From a virus (taxonomy: Duplodnaviria; Caudoviricetes): 64,000 nucleotides of DNA. The notes beneath the pieces are model-generated. The model was not told the origin of the DNA. It saw only the letters and a list, made by a program, of their open reading frames with translations, and did no database searches. This document shows positions 54,142-63,632 of this stretch, in pieces; within the stretch, counting starts at the first letter, position 1, and each line of letters starts with the position of its first letter. The position numbers and the translations under genes were made by a program. The DNA is taken from IMG/VR virus record IMGVR_UViG_3300030744_000156, positions 20,442-84,441 of that record, one strand, 5' to 3'.

Positions 54142-54764
54142 CGACCGACCAGGTGAAGACCGTCATCGACGAGGCAGTCGACGAGTCCCGTGACGGGTTC
54201 GGTCGCCGCGTCATCGTCGCGAGCATCCTCGTCGTGTTCGCGGGCGTCGTGGTGCTGGCGTACACGATGCTGCGCGGTTTCGAGCGGATCGACTCCCTGC
54301 AAGGACAAGCCGACGACCACGCACGCACCGCCCAGATGCTCGCCGAGCAAGTCACGCGGCTCGGCGGCACACCGGTGGTGCAGCCGCCGACCGTCGCCGG
54401 CCCGACCGGACCCGCCGGGCCGGCTGGCAGAGATGGCACGAACGGACGCGACGGGCAGAACGGCACCACGCCACCGTGCGTGAGCGAACCGCCGCAATGC
54501 CGCGGTGCTGACGGCGAACCCGGAACGAACGGGCAGGACGGCCAGGACGGCGCCGACGGCCAGGACGGGAAAGACGGTAAGGACGGGGTCGACGGGAAGC
54601 CCCCTGGCGGCTGGACGTGGGTTGACGGCGATGGCCGCACGCAGAACTGCACCCGCGTCAACGGGAGCCCCGACACCGATCCCAGGTACGCGTGCACGGC
54701 CCCGTCCAGCGGCCCACCCGGCACGACCACCACCACGTTTCCACCTCTGCTCGGAGGGCCGTGA
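54138..54764 (+). CDS. Membrane-anchored collagen-like protein of the lysis cassette
   Basis: TM, short coiled coil, G-X-Y repeats. Confidence 0.8.
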   Translation: MTTDQVKTVIDEAVDESRDGFGRRVIVASILVVFAGVVVLAYTMLRGFERIDSLQGQADDHARTAQMLAEQVTRLGGTPVVQPPTVAGPTGPAGPAGRDGTNGRDGQNGTTPPCVSEPPQCRGADGEPGTNGQDGQDGADGQDGKDGKDGVDGKPPGGWTWVDGDGRTQNCTRVNGSPDTDPRYACTAPSSGPPGTTTTTFPPLLGGP

Positions 54765-54768
54765 ATCC

Positions 54769-55521
54769 ATGAGACGCATCCTCATCGCAGCTGTCGTACT
54801 GCTGCTCGCGTGCGCCCCCGCCGTGGCATCCAACGTCGGGGAATCGCAGGCACGGCAGGCCCCGCGACTGTGCACGGATTTCGCTGCCGGACAGTTGACG
54901 GTCGAGATCCTCGGCAACTCGATCGCCGCCGGCTACGGCGTGGTCGAGTCGAAGAGGTGGGCCAACCAGTTCGCCCGCCAACTGCCAGGGCCGAACAGCG
55001 CGGTGTGGCAGGGCGCCGTGTCCGGCTCCTTGGTCGGCGACTATCTGCCAGGCGGCCCGTACCAGTTCCATGTGGAGTTCACGAAGACCGCGAAACCCAC
55101 CCTGGTGATCCTCAACTGGCGGGTGAACGACCAGTGGATGAGCATCGAGCACGCGTCCGAGGGCTACACGCCGGCCACGTTCAAGGCCCGCTACCGGCAG
55201 ATCCTCACCGAGATCCACGCGGCCTCACCCACCACCACGTTCATGATCGCCGTGTCGCCGTGGATCCTCGACACCCGCATCGACGCCGGCACCTACTCCC
55301 AGTGGGACTACATCAACGTCTTGTGGGAGCTGAAGGTCGAGTTCGGTGCGATCTGGATGGACTGGATGCGGTTCATGCCGCACGCAGGCGACAGCAACAG
55401 CGCAGGCCTGCTGCTGTACGACCTCGGCCACCCCAGCGAGTCAGGTCAGTCCGTGCTGGCCGCACACACCTACGAGCGCATCGCCTCGTACTGCCTCGGA
55501 TTGGAAGGAAGCACACCATGA
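54769..55521 (+). CDS. Secreted SGNH/GDSL hydrolase
   Basis: Signal peptide; LGNSIA, GAVSG, RVND, DLGHP blocks. Confidence 0.82.
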   Translation: MRRILIAAVVLLLACAPAVASNVGESQARQAPRLCTDFAAGQLTVEILGNSIAAGYGVVESKRWANQFARQLPGPNSAVWQGAVSGSLVGDYLPGGPYQFHVEFTKTAKPTLVILNWRVNDQWMSIEHASEGYTPATFKARYRQILTEIHAASPTTTFMIAVSPWILDTRIDAGTYSQWDYINVLWELKVEFGAIWMDWMRFMPHAGDSNSAGLLLYDLGHPSESGQSVLAAHTYERIASYCLGLEGSTP

Positions 55522-55877
55522 TCCGTCTCGTGTTCGGCCGCGAACCCGCCTACTGGCTGGCCCTCGCCAGCGGCCTCATCGCCTTCGTCTCGGCCTCGGT
55601 CACCTCGTTGTCGACCGATCAGCAGGGCGTCCTCAACGCCGCGGTCGCCGCCGTGTTCGGTGTCATCACCGCAGGGTTCCTCGCTGGCGAGAAGTCCGTG
55701 GCCGCCATCGTCGGTCTCTTCAAGGCGTTGATCGCGGTCGGTCTGGCGTTCGGCCTGGCCTTGTCGCCCGAGGTGCAGTCCAGTGCGATGGTCGTCGTCG
55801 AGCTGGTCCTGACTGGTGTGCTGGTGAGGCCGAACGTTGCCGCCCCGGTGAAGTCGAACTACGACCTCGCCAGGTAG
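55518..55877 (+). CDS. Holin, actinophage FGREPA type
   Basis: VFGREPAYWLAL; multiple TM; VRPNVAAP. Confidence 0.8.
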   Translation: MIRLVFGREPAYWLALASGLIAFVSASVTSLSTDQQGVLNAAVAAVFGVITAGFLAGEKSVAAIVGLFKALIAVGLAFGLALSPEVQSSAMVVVELVLTGVLVRPNVAAPVKSNYDLAR

Positions 55878-55937
55878 ACCAGTCGCCCGCCGATAGCGGC
55901 GGCGGGTCGCGTTGCCCCCTCCCCTCGGGCGGCGCGA

Positions 55938-55989
55938 ACGGACGGCCTCAACTCCCCGCAGTGGGCGCGGGTGGAGTGGGGCCGTTCGT
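55938..55989. terminator. Long hairpin between convergent genes
   Basis: ACGGACGGCCT / GGGCCGTTCGT outer stem. Confidence 0.55.
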
Positions 55990-55990
55990 G

Positions 55991-56365
55991 CTACCCGCTG
56001 CACACCCGGTAGTAGAGCGCCCAGGCGTGGATACCGTCCGGGGTTTTCGTCTCACGCGAAAGCATGGGTTCACCCGACAGGCCGATCAGGTCGGCCATCT
56101 CCCACAAGCGCCGGCCGTCCTTGCACTGCGTGACCTTGCCCAGCCGTACCGCTCCGTTGCTGTCCACGCAGCCCTTGTCGATGAGGGTGTCCGTGACCCG
56201 AGCCCCGTCTTGAGCGACCTGCTCGCACCGATCAGCACCGGCCGCCGACGTGGATGTAGGCGTTGACGTCGGTGTCGCAGGCTTCGACACGTCGGCCGCT
56301 GGCTGGGTGCTGCTTGAGCAGGCGGCGGCGAGCAGGGCGGTGAGGATCAAAGCTGTGGGGCGCAC
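55991..56365 (-). CDS. Lipoprotein
   Basis: Lipobox LLAAAC; S/T/P linker; four further Cys. Confidence 0.75.
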   Translation of the reverse strand: MRPTALILTALLAAACSSSTQPAADVSKPATPTSTPTSTSAAGADRCEQVAQDGARVTDTLIDKGCVDSNGAVRLGKVTQCKDGRRLWEMADLIGLSGEPMLSRETKTPDGIHAWALYYRVCSG

Positions 56366-56441
56366 GGGCTGTCTCCGCTCAGTCGGGTGGGCTATCCGGT
56401 CCTGTCGCGGGTGCGTGAGCACGTGTTACGCCCCGAACCGG

Positions 56442-57275
56442 CTACTTGCCTGGCGGCTTCGGTATCTCCACTGCCGGCTTCGGCGGCCACGCGGCGGAAG
56501 CATCCCGCTCCAGCACCGCCACAACCTCGAACCGTGCGCCGTCCATGCGCGTGTCGTTGACTTCTACCGGCCGCCCGTCCGGCAGTGACGCGGTGCGCAG
56601 GATCCGCACCAACGGCCCGCCATGCACCACACCATCCAGCACAGCGACCTCCTCGTCGCTCGCCGCCACCGCGCCCTGGACGTCTTCCCACAACAAGGGC
56701 TGATCGAAGTGCTCCTCGATCCGGTCGTAGATCCCGCCGAAGCCCGTGTCCGTCGCGCCCACGACGGGCAGTTCTGCGAGCAGCCACGCCGGCAGATACG
56801 ACACCGCCCATTGCAGGCCCTGCGGTTCCGGCTCGACCTCGCCGAGGACACGTGACCGCTTCACGACCTGCGACCCCGGTTCGATATTCAGGCGCCGGGC
56901 GATCTCGGCGGACACGGGCACAACCCTCACGGTTGGCGTGGCCACCAGTCGGTAGCCCTGTGCGGCTTCGTCGAAGTAGTAGCCGATGCGATCGCGGAAC
57001 ACGTACCGCCGACGAGCGATCCGCTGCACGTCCGGCAACTGGCGCACGTAGAAGCCTTTGCGCTGGACGCCGACGACGAGGCCTTCGAGTTTCAGCTGGT
57101 CGAACGCGTTCTGGACGGTTTGGGTCGACGTCTTGAACCGGCTGACGAGGTCGCTGGTGCTGGGCAGGCGTTGGCCGGGCTTGTAGTCGCCGCGCTGGAT
57201 CTCCTCGCGGAGGACCTTGGCGATCTTCTGCGCGGTCGTTTTGCCTGCTGGCGCGGGGTGTTCGTCGGCAGCCAT
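56442..57275 (-). CDS. GntR/HutC-family repressor with UTRA domain (KorSA/TraR-like)
   Basis: YKPGQRLPS...TVQNAFDQLKLEGLV...RKGFYV; UTRA C-terminus. Confidence 0.92.
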   Translation of the reverse strand: MAADEHPAPAGKTTAQKIAKVLREEIQRGDYKPGQRLPSTSDLVSRFKTSTQTVQNAFDQLKLEGLVVGVQRKGFYVRQLPDVQRIARRRYVFRDRIGYYFDEAAQGYRLVATPTVRVVPVSAEIARRLNIEPGSQVVKRSRVLGEVEPEPQGLQWAVSYLPAWLLAELPVVGATDTGFGGIYDRIEEHFDQPLLWEDVQGAVAASDEEVAVLDGVVHGGPLVRILRTASLPDGRPVEVNDTRMDGARFEVVAVLERDASAAWPPKPAVEIPKPPGK

Positions 57276-57328
57276 AGCCGGGAGCGTACGCGCCTGCCCT
57301 AGACAAGCTTGCGCATACAGCTACTCTG

Positions 57329-57356
57329 CTTACCTAGAGCATCTACTCTAGGTAAG
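57329..57356. promoter_or_regulatory. Probable GntR operator in divergent promoter
   Basis: CTTACCTAGAG-N6-CTCTAGGTAAG perfect inverted repeat in an AT-rich gap. Confidence 0.7.
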
Positions 57357-57399
57357 AGTTACCAGTGTGAACAGTGCAACCACAGCGAAAGGAGGCGAG

Positions 57400-57603
57400 G
57401 TGGACAAGCCCGTTCGAATGCTCCTCGTCGAAGAGGTCGCGGACCTTCTCCGGGTCAGCCCAACCACGGTTTATCGGGCCATCCGCGAGGGCGACCTTGG
57501 CGCCGTCCGTGTTGGGCGGGGCTCGGGCGCGATCCGCATTCCGGAAACCGCCTACGACGCCTACCTGACTCGCTGCGCACTGGCCGCCGCCCAGCCCGCC
57601 TGA
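57400..57603 (+). CDS. Excisionase-like HTH protein
   Basis: LLVEEVADLLRVSPTTVYRAIREGDLGAVRVG; RBS AGGAGG. Confidence 0.85.
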   Translation: MDKPVRMLLVEEVADLLRVSPTTVYRAIREGDLGAVRVGRGSGAIRIPETAYDAYLTRCALAAAQPA

Positions 57604-57623
57604 CCACGAGAGGACACCCCACG

Positions 57624-57815
57624 ATGCACAGCCTGCTGACCGGCAAGTTCGAACCCTTGAGCGTCGGCCCGGACCCGATGGTCGAAGGTCCGTGGCCCGC
57701 AGGCCGCACGCCCATGCCCGTCAAGACCGCGCCCGCAACGACCGCCCCGTCTACGAGCCGGGTGCGGATCAACACCGAGCCCAGGACCGTGCCGCGCGAC
57801 GGCGACACGATCTGA
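57624..57815 (+). CDS. Small P/T-rich hypothetical protein
   Basis: RBS GAGGA. Confidence 0.5.
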   Translation: MHSLLTGKFEPLSVGPDPMVEGPWPAGRTPMPVKTAPATTAPSTSRVRINTEPRTVPRDGDTI

Positions 57816-57853
57816 CCTGCAGCACACCGCCACTGAACCCGAGAGGGACTCTG

Positions 57854-58669
57854 TTGAACGCCACTGCCAGCACGCAGGAACGCTGGGTCAACCCGACCAT
57901 CTACACCGGCGTAGGAATCGTCGCGGTGTACTGCGTCGGCGTGTCCGGCTACTGGCTGGTCAAGCTTGCCGGGTTCTGCTCGATGCACAACGTGCTCGGG
58001 TTCAGCGTGCCAGTCTCCCTCGATGTCGCAGGCGGAATCGCCGCGCTCGTGTGGGTCAAGGGATCTACCAAAGAGGCGCGGATGTGGGGCGCCGCCATCG
58101 CCGTGGGCACCCTATTGGGCTCGCTTGGCGGAAACATCCTGGCGCACCTCATCGAGGCAGGCATCGTCAAGGTCACGCCGTGGCTGATCATCGGCGTCGG
58201 CTCAATCCCGCCGATCATGTTGTTCCTCGCGATCCATCTGCTGATCGTGTCCAGCAACCGGCCAGCGCCGGTCGCCCGCCGCGTCAGGCAGCCGATGGCG
58301 ATCGCCTCCGAACCCCCTCGCAGCGCGCGGACCCCCGCCGCGCCCCGCGAGGCCACCGCGCCAGCCGCCCCAACCTCCCCCGCGGCTGGCGCATCCGCGC
58401 CGGACCCCACCCCCTCATCCCAGGGGTCCGGCGCGGACCCTGCCGAGAACACCAACGTCCGCCCCATCAGCACCGGACTCAGCCAGCGCGAGCAGGTCTG
58501 GATCTGGTTCAAGACCCAGGTCGACGCCGCCGACGGCGACGTCACCAAGGTCACCGGCCCGGACCTCGTCGCCGAGTTCGGGGCCGAGCACCTGCGCAAG
58601 AAGATCAGCGACCTTCGCCGCCGCTACCTCGACGTGTGCACCGCCACCAGCAAGGCCGTCAACGACTGA
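57854..58669 (+). CDS. DUF2637/SpdA-like membrane protein with C-terminal wHTH
   Basis: Four TMs, VPVSLD, NILAH, IPPIMLFLAIH; Pro/Ala linker. Confidence 0.78.
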   Translation: MNATASTQERWVNPTIYTGVGIVAVYCVGVSGYWLVKLAGFCSMHNVLGFSVPVSLDVAGGIAALVWVKGSTKEARMWGAAIAVGTLLGSLGGNILAHLIEAGIVKVTPWLIIGVGSIPPIMLFLAIHLLIVSSNRPAPVARRVRQPMAIASEPPRSARTPAAPREATAPAAPTSPAAGASAPDPTPSSQGSGADPAENTNVRPISTGLSQREQVWIWFKTQVDAADGDVTKVTGPDLVAEFGAEHLRKKISDLRRRYLDVCTATSKAVND

Positions 58670-58713
58670 ACGCCCGCCAAGGGCAGAAAGACCAAGGAGA
58701 GGGGGAACGCGCT

Positions 58714-59196
58714 GTGAACACCGCTCTGGTCGGTTCCAGCCTCGTCGGCATCGTCGCACTCGTGTGGGGCGCGGTCCGACTGTGGAAGAAAAAGCCGCTC
58801 AAGCTCACCACCTGGCTGTGGGTGATCGCCGGATTCACCCTGGCAGGCAGCCTAGTCACCAACTTCCGTGAGCTCATCACCACCGCCGCCGGCGTGGCTG
58901 GCGGGCCGATCGGCGTGGGCGCGAAGGTCGTGGTGGGCCTGGCTGGCCTGGTCATGCTGTGGCTGGTCTGGCACGAAGCGCCATTGCGCAAGGGCAAGGG
59001 CGGACGCCGGGCCGCGATCGGCGACGGCAGCAGCGGCTCCAGCCGGGGCGGCGCGAAAACCTACACGCCGTTCCTTGGACTGCTGGCGCCGATCCTGCTG
59101 CTCGCCGCCGGCGGGCTACTGGGCGACTGGTCCCGCGGCATCGCGAACATGCTCGGACGGCTCGCCGGTCCGCTCAGCACGTTCTTCGGGGCCTGA
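58714..59196 (+). CDS. Multi-pass membrane protein (Spd-like)
   Basis: Four hydrophobic segments; RBS AAGGAGAGG. Confidence 0.7.
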   Translation: MNTALVGSSLVGIVALVWGAVRLWKKKPLKLTTWLWVIAGFTLAGSLVTNFRELITTAAGVAGGPIGVGAKVVVGLAGLVMLWLVWHEAPLRKGKGGRRAAIGDGSSGSSRGGAKTYTPFLGLLAPILLLAAGGLLGDWSRGIANMLGRLAGPLSTFFGA

Positions 59197-59197
59197 C

Positions 59198-59767
59198 ATG
59201 GACCTGATTCTGTTCGTGCTGCTGCTCGCCTGGTTTCTGACCGGGCGTCTGCTCGGCGACCTGCAGACCCTGGCGCGTCGCGGCATGGCGTGGGTGGCGG
59301 ACAAGGTCGCCGACATGGCCGACCGCCGCACCGACCGCTCACCTTGGCTGGCCAAGCACGTCGCGCGGATGGCGCGCTCCGGAGCAGCACGGCTGCGCGA
59401 CCGACGCCCGCCGATGCAGCCACTTACCAGCGACGGCCAAAACGCCGGGCAGAACGCGTTCGACGGTGCCGGCCAGGTCGCCGTTGCTGGCGTGGTGCTG
59501 GTGCTGGTGTGGGTGCGTATCGCCGTCGCCGACGCGCTGGGCGCCGCCCAAGCCGCCGCCCAGCCCCGAGCCAGCACCACCTCCGGGCGGTGGTCGTGGG
59601 CTGCGGGCTGGACCACGTGGGCCCGCTGGCCTCGCGACGGCGAACCCCATGCCCCCGTGCGGGCCACCGCGACCCGCGCCGACCGCCCTGAACCCCTAGC
59701 ACTTCCCCCGGCCACTTCCTGCGGGGGCAGTACCACCGAATTCACCACTCACTGGAGGACTACATGA
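59198..59767 (+). CDS. Membrane protein of the transfer module
   Basis: N-terminal TM and a second TM. Confidence 0.6.
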   Translation: MDLILFVLLLAWFLTGRLLGDLQTLARRGMAWVADKVADMADRRTDRSPWLAKHVARMARSGAARLRDRRPPMQPLTSDGQNAGQNAFDGAGQVAVAGVVLVLVWVRIAVADALGAAQAAAQPRASTTSGRWSWAAGWTTWARWPRDGEPHAPVRATATRADRPEPLALPPATSCGGSTTEFTTHWRTT

Positions 59768-60090
59768 CCGACCCGCAGCCCGTGTCCGACACCACCACGA
59801 CCGTCAACGTCGGCGAGGGCGGCCTGGGCGCCTACATCATCTTCGCCGACAACATGGCCAACACCTGCCAGCAGGGCTTCGACGTGTGCGAGTACACCCT
59901 CGCCGACATGCAGGCCCACGGCTGGGGCGGCGAGAAGACCGCGGGCTTGGAACGCGCACAGGAGTCCTTGGCCAACGCCCGCATGCACTTCCGCCAGATG
60001 GAAAGCGACCTCAGTGCCGCCCTGTCGATCACCGAGCAGTACGCGGCCAACCCCGGCGCGGGCGACCGCGAGTCCGTCACCAACGTCTGA
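59764..60090 (+). CDS. Small helical protein of the transfer module
   Basis: RBS GGAGGA; helical hairpin pattern. Confidence 0.65.
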   Translation: MTDPQPVSDTTTTVNVGEGGLGAYIIFADNMANTCQQGFDVCEYTLADMQAHGWGGEKTAGLERAQESLANARMHFRQMESDLSAALSITEQYAANPGAGDRESVTNV

Positions 60091-60113
60091 CCACGCACCG
60101 CAGGAGGGTCGCC

Positions 60114-62288
60114 GTGACCACCGAGCTCGAGCCCCGCATCGCCCCGCCGCCGCTGGCCGTGGTCGAGCACCAGTTGCGCCAGCAGTACCGCGCGATGTTG
60201 CTGCCGCCACTGGCCTCCACCGGCACGGTGCTCGGCGGCGGCTGGATGCACGACCGGATCATGGCGACCCTCGCCGTCGGAGGCCCGGAGATGCTGCTCG
60301 TCGGCGTTGGCGGCGGCGTCCTCATCGCCGTCGCCTCCGCTGGCATCGCCACCCTGTACGCCGCCCGCGCCGGGGCGTTGGACGGCCTGCCCCCGGCCCG
60401 CAAACTGTTCGGCGGAGCAGCCGGGGCAGGCCTGGCTCTGACGCTGTTCGGTGACGTCACACTGCTCGTGGCCGGCGTCTACAGCGTTGGCGTGCTCGGT
60501 GTGACCCGCTGGTACCGGGCACGCTGGGCTATGCGTTCCTCCCTGCTGCAGCGGCGCGATGAGCTCGCCGCCATCGCACCGGCAGCCGAGGTGGAGTCAC
60601 AGCCGGGGCCCGGCGACGACTCGTCGATCATGGACGCGGAGCTCGTCGAACCGGACGAGGCCGACGTCTTCGTGACCCGCTGGACCCAGGGCGCGGTCAA
60701 GCATCTTCCCGACACCCGCCTCATCGCCCTGCCCGGTCCGCGGCTGGCCTACATCGTGCAGGCCGGGCCAAACGGCGTGACCCTCGAAGCCGCCAACACC
60801 GCACGAGAGAAGATCGCCGGAGCCCTGCGCCTAACCCTGCCCGGGCCCCGAACCGGCGGGCAGGACATCGTGTTCGACCAGCCCACCGACGGCACCCTCA
60901 CCGACCGCTCACAGCTGCGCGCCCAGATCGTCGACCTCGCCGCCGCGGCCGCCGCAGGCCGTCGCGTCACCGGGCAACCCGAGCACGCACCAGGCAACCC
61001 ATGCTCGTTCCGCATCGGCGGCTACATCGACGACGGCCACGCCTACTACTACGACCTCGCTGACTGCGACGGCGCCTGGTCCGGTGTTCTGCTCGGCGGC
61101 ACCGGCATGGGCAAGTCCAGCGTCGGCGACCACATTGCCTACAACGCCATGCGCGTGAGCTTCGACGTCGCCTACCTCGACCCGCAGCGCGGCGCGTCCT
61201 CACCAGTACTGGCCGCGCACGCCCAGTACCCCGCACTCGGGCCCGAGCACGCCGAGGCGTTCCTGCTGTTCCTCGAGGAATGCGCGGACACCCGCGAGAC
61301 GTGGATGGCGATGCACTCCGGTGTCGGCACCATCACCTGGAACATGACCGCCCCGTGCGCGCCGGACGGCACCCACCCAGACCCGAAGTGCCCGTGCGGC
61401 GGCGTCGTCCCACCCGGCATCCTCGCCTTGATCGAGGAATGCGACCAGGTGTTCAACGCGGTGCACGCTGGCACCAACACCAAGCTCGCCGAGCGCTACG
61501 GCCAGCTCGCCAAGCGCATCCGCAAGCTCAACATGGCCCTGCTCGCCATGACCCAGATGCCCGAGCTCAAGACCTTCGGCGGCTCGGAGTTGCTGCGTTC
61601 CAACCTGCCCGTGCGCAACCTGCTCGCGATGCACATCTCCAGCAACGTCTCCGGCACCCTCATCCCAGGCCTGCCCTACAGCCCGAAGCTGCTGCCCAAG
61701 ACCTCCGGCCGCGGACTGGCCTGCGGACGCGACACCCGGACCATGCAGGTCGCGCTGGACTACACGCCCCGCCGAGAGAAGGCTGCCGAGGGAGTGTCTG
61801 GTCCGTACGCCGAGGACCTGTTCGAAGTGCTGCCGCAGCGTCGCCGCTACGAACTCGACGTGGTCGCGTGGCGGCGCCACTTCCCACAGGGCGCCGTCGA
61901 CGCCGTCACCGCCAACCGGGAAGCCGCCCGCGCCCGATTCGTGGCGAAGAAGAACGGCACCGCACCGCCACCGGTCGCCGCGCCTGTCACGTCTCCAGCG
62001 ACAGGAACCCTGACCTGGCCCAAGCCGGTCGTGCTCGTCGGGCGCGGCCCCACCGGCAAGCTCGCCGCACTCGCTCACGCCGTGGACGGCCTGCCCGCCG
62101 ATGAGTGGATCACCGCAGGCGACCTGGCCCGCCGCACTGGCCGCGTGCCCGCCGACGCCGAAGACGGCGAACGTCGCGCCATCGCCCGCCAGGTCGCCGC
62201 CGAACTGACCGCCGCCGGCTTGGTGCTCCGCAAGCGCGAAGCTGGCATGTCGGTCACCGTCCACCAGCTCCGCAGAGCGTGCGCATGA
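60114..62288 (+). CDS. TraB-type FtsK/SpoIIIE conjugal DNA translocase
   Basis: N-terminal TMs; GGTGMGKSS Walker A; LIEECDQ Walker B; RKLNMALLAMTQ; C-terminal wHTH. Confidence 0.88.
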   Translation: MTTELEPRIAPPPLAVVEHQLRQQYRAMLLPPLASTGTVLGGGWMHDRIMATLAVGGPEMLLVGVGGGVLIAVASAGIATLYAARAGALDGLPPARKLFGGAAGAGLALTLFGDVTLLVAGVYSVGVLGVTRWYRARWAMRSSLLQRRDELAAIAPAAEVESQPGPGDDSSIMDAELVEPDEADVFVTRWTQGAVKHLPDTRLIALPGPRLAYIVQAGPNGVTLEAANTAREKIAGALRLTLPGPRTGGQDIVFDQPTDGTLTDRSQLRAQIVDLAAAAAAGRRVTGQPEHAPGNPCSFRIGGYIDDGHAYYYDLADCDGAWSGVLLGGTGMGKSSVGDHIAYNAMRVSFDVAYLDPQRGASSPVLAAHAQYPALGPEHAEAFLLFLEECADTRETWMAMHSGVGTITWNMTAPCAPDGTHPDPKCPCGGVVPPGILALIEECDQVFNAVHAGTNTKLAERYGQLAKRIRKLNMALLAMTQMPELKTFGGSELLRSNLPVRNLLAMHISSNVSGTLIPGLPYSPKLLPKTSGRGLACGRDTRTMQVALDYTPRREKAAEGVSGPYAEDLFEVLPQRRRYELDVVAWRRHFPQGAVDAVTANREAARARFVAKKNGTAPPPVAAPVTSPATGTLTWPKPVVLVGRGPTGKLAALAHAVDGLPADEWITAGDLARRTGRVPADAEDGERRAIARQVAAELTAAGLVLRKREAGMSVTVHQLRRACA

Positions 62289-62351
62289 CCCACGGCATCG
62301 CTACGCAGCGTCGCTCCAAGCCTCTCCTGAACACCGGGAGGGGCTTCGCGC

Positions 62352-62552
62352 TGTTGCAGGTTGTTGCAGCCGCTGTTGCAGGCACCTGCAACAGCCTGCA
62401 ACAGCGCCTGCAACAGCGAACCACACTTGACCTGCGGAAACGCGAATCCTGCTTCAGGCTGCAACATCTACGCGCCGACACCCCGCACCACCCGTTTCCG
62501 CAGGTCAAGCAGCAACCGACACGAACAGCCGGACGCGGCCCCGCTGTTGCAG
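62352..62552. repeat. clt-like locus: eight CTGCAACA 8-mers in both orientations plus a 16-bp inverted repeat
   Basis: TGTTGCAG at 62352, 62362, 62374, 62545; CTGCAACA at 62386, 62396, 62408, 62459; TTGACCTGCGGAAACG 62427 / CGTTTCCGCAGGTCAA 62493. Confidence 0.7.
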
Positions 62553-62594
62553 CCCACGCACACCAAGTCGTCACTCACAGTAAGGAACTGACCG

Positions 62595-63068
62595 GTGTAC
62601 TCGGACCCGAACGCCCTGTTCTACGTCGTGGCCGGCGTGGCCGTGTTCGTCTGGTGGTACCGCAACCGCGACCAAGCCCCCGTCCACGACGGCACCGAGG
62701 CCACGGTCGACGGCCTGCGGGAGATCGACTTCGTTCGCGCCGCGTGCGACGACCCCCAGCACCACCCTGACCGCATCCCCACCTCCCCACTGCGTGCCCG
62801 CCACATCGACCTCGACGTCCGCGACATGCACCTCAACGGCTGGGGATCCACCGGCCACCTGCTGCTGTGCACGATCCACAACCGCGGCCGGTACCCACTC
62901 GACGTCGTGCACGTCCGCTGCGGCCGCGGCTGCGGTACCCACGCCGAGCTCGACGCTGACGACGCCAGGGTGGGGATCGGCGGGCTGCGCAACGACGGCT
63001 GGTGCAACGACGGGGACCTCCCCATCTGTCCCTACTGCGCCGGTACCCGATCCCGTACCTGGCGCTGA
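62595..63068 (+). CDS. Membrane-anchored Cys/His-rich protein
   Basis: N-terminal TM; CGRGC, CPYC. Confidence 0.6.
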   Translation: MYSDPNALFYVVAGVAVFVWWYRNRDQAPVHDGTEATVDGLREIDFVRAACDDPQHHPDRIPTSPLRARHIDLDVRDMHLNGWGSTGHLLLCTIHNRGRYPLDVVHVRCGRGCGTHAELDADDARVGIGGLRNDGWCNDGDLPICPYCAGTRSRTWR

Positions 63069-63632
63069 TCCCCACCGCCAGGTCCCCACGGCCCCGTACC
63101 CACCGATCCCCCAGGAGTGATCCCCATGATGGGTCGCACCCACGCGCTCACCGGCCTCTGCGCCGGCCTCGCCCTCGCACCCCTGCTCGTGGGGACCCTT
63201 GCTCAGACGCTGGTCATCGCCATCGTCACCGCCGGGTACGCGCTGCTGCCTGACCTCGACCACCCTGGCGCCCGCGCCTCCCGTCTGCTCGGACCGCTCA
63301 CCGGCCTGCTGTCCCGCGCCGTCCGCGCAGGGTCGAGCTGGCTGTACCTACGCACCAAAGGTCCCCGCGACGAACGCCACCGTGGGGAACATCGGCACGC
63401 CACCCACACGCTCGCGTTCGCGCTGCTCGCGGGTACCGCGACCACCTTGGGTACCTGGAGAGGTGGAGCGTGGGTACCCGTGGGGATCGTCGCCCTGGGG
63501 ATCGTGCTTGCCGCCGACGCCCTTGGGGACTGGGTACTGCCGATCGTGGGGATCAGCATCGCCGCCTGGTGGGGATCGATCCCTGGGGACCCGCTGGCCG
63601 AGCTCGCAGGGATCGGCCCCGCTCTGGGGATC
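62841..63632. repeat. Second 8-bp repeat family TGGGGATC embedded in coding sequence
   Basis: Direct copies at 62841, 62971, 63481, 63496, 63547, 63570, 63625; inverted at 63067, 63119. Confidence 0.65.

Noticed and set aside
54405-54600. Collagen G-X-Y DNA repeats as a regulatory or hypervariable array
   Set aside because: Fully explained by the encoded collagen-like domain.
55878-56441. att boundary separating phage from the conjugation module
   Set aside because: No tRNA fragment, no copy of the attP core or arm repeat, no target duplication visible by eye.
62105-62770. ORF spanning the CTGCAACA repeats
   Set aside because: Overlaps traB and the next gene; its LQQ/CNS runs are just the DNA repeat read in frame.
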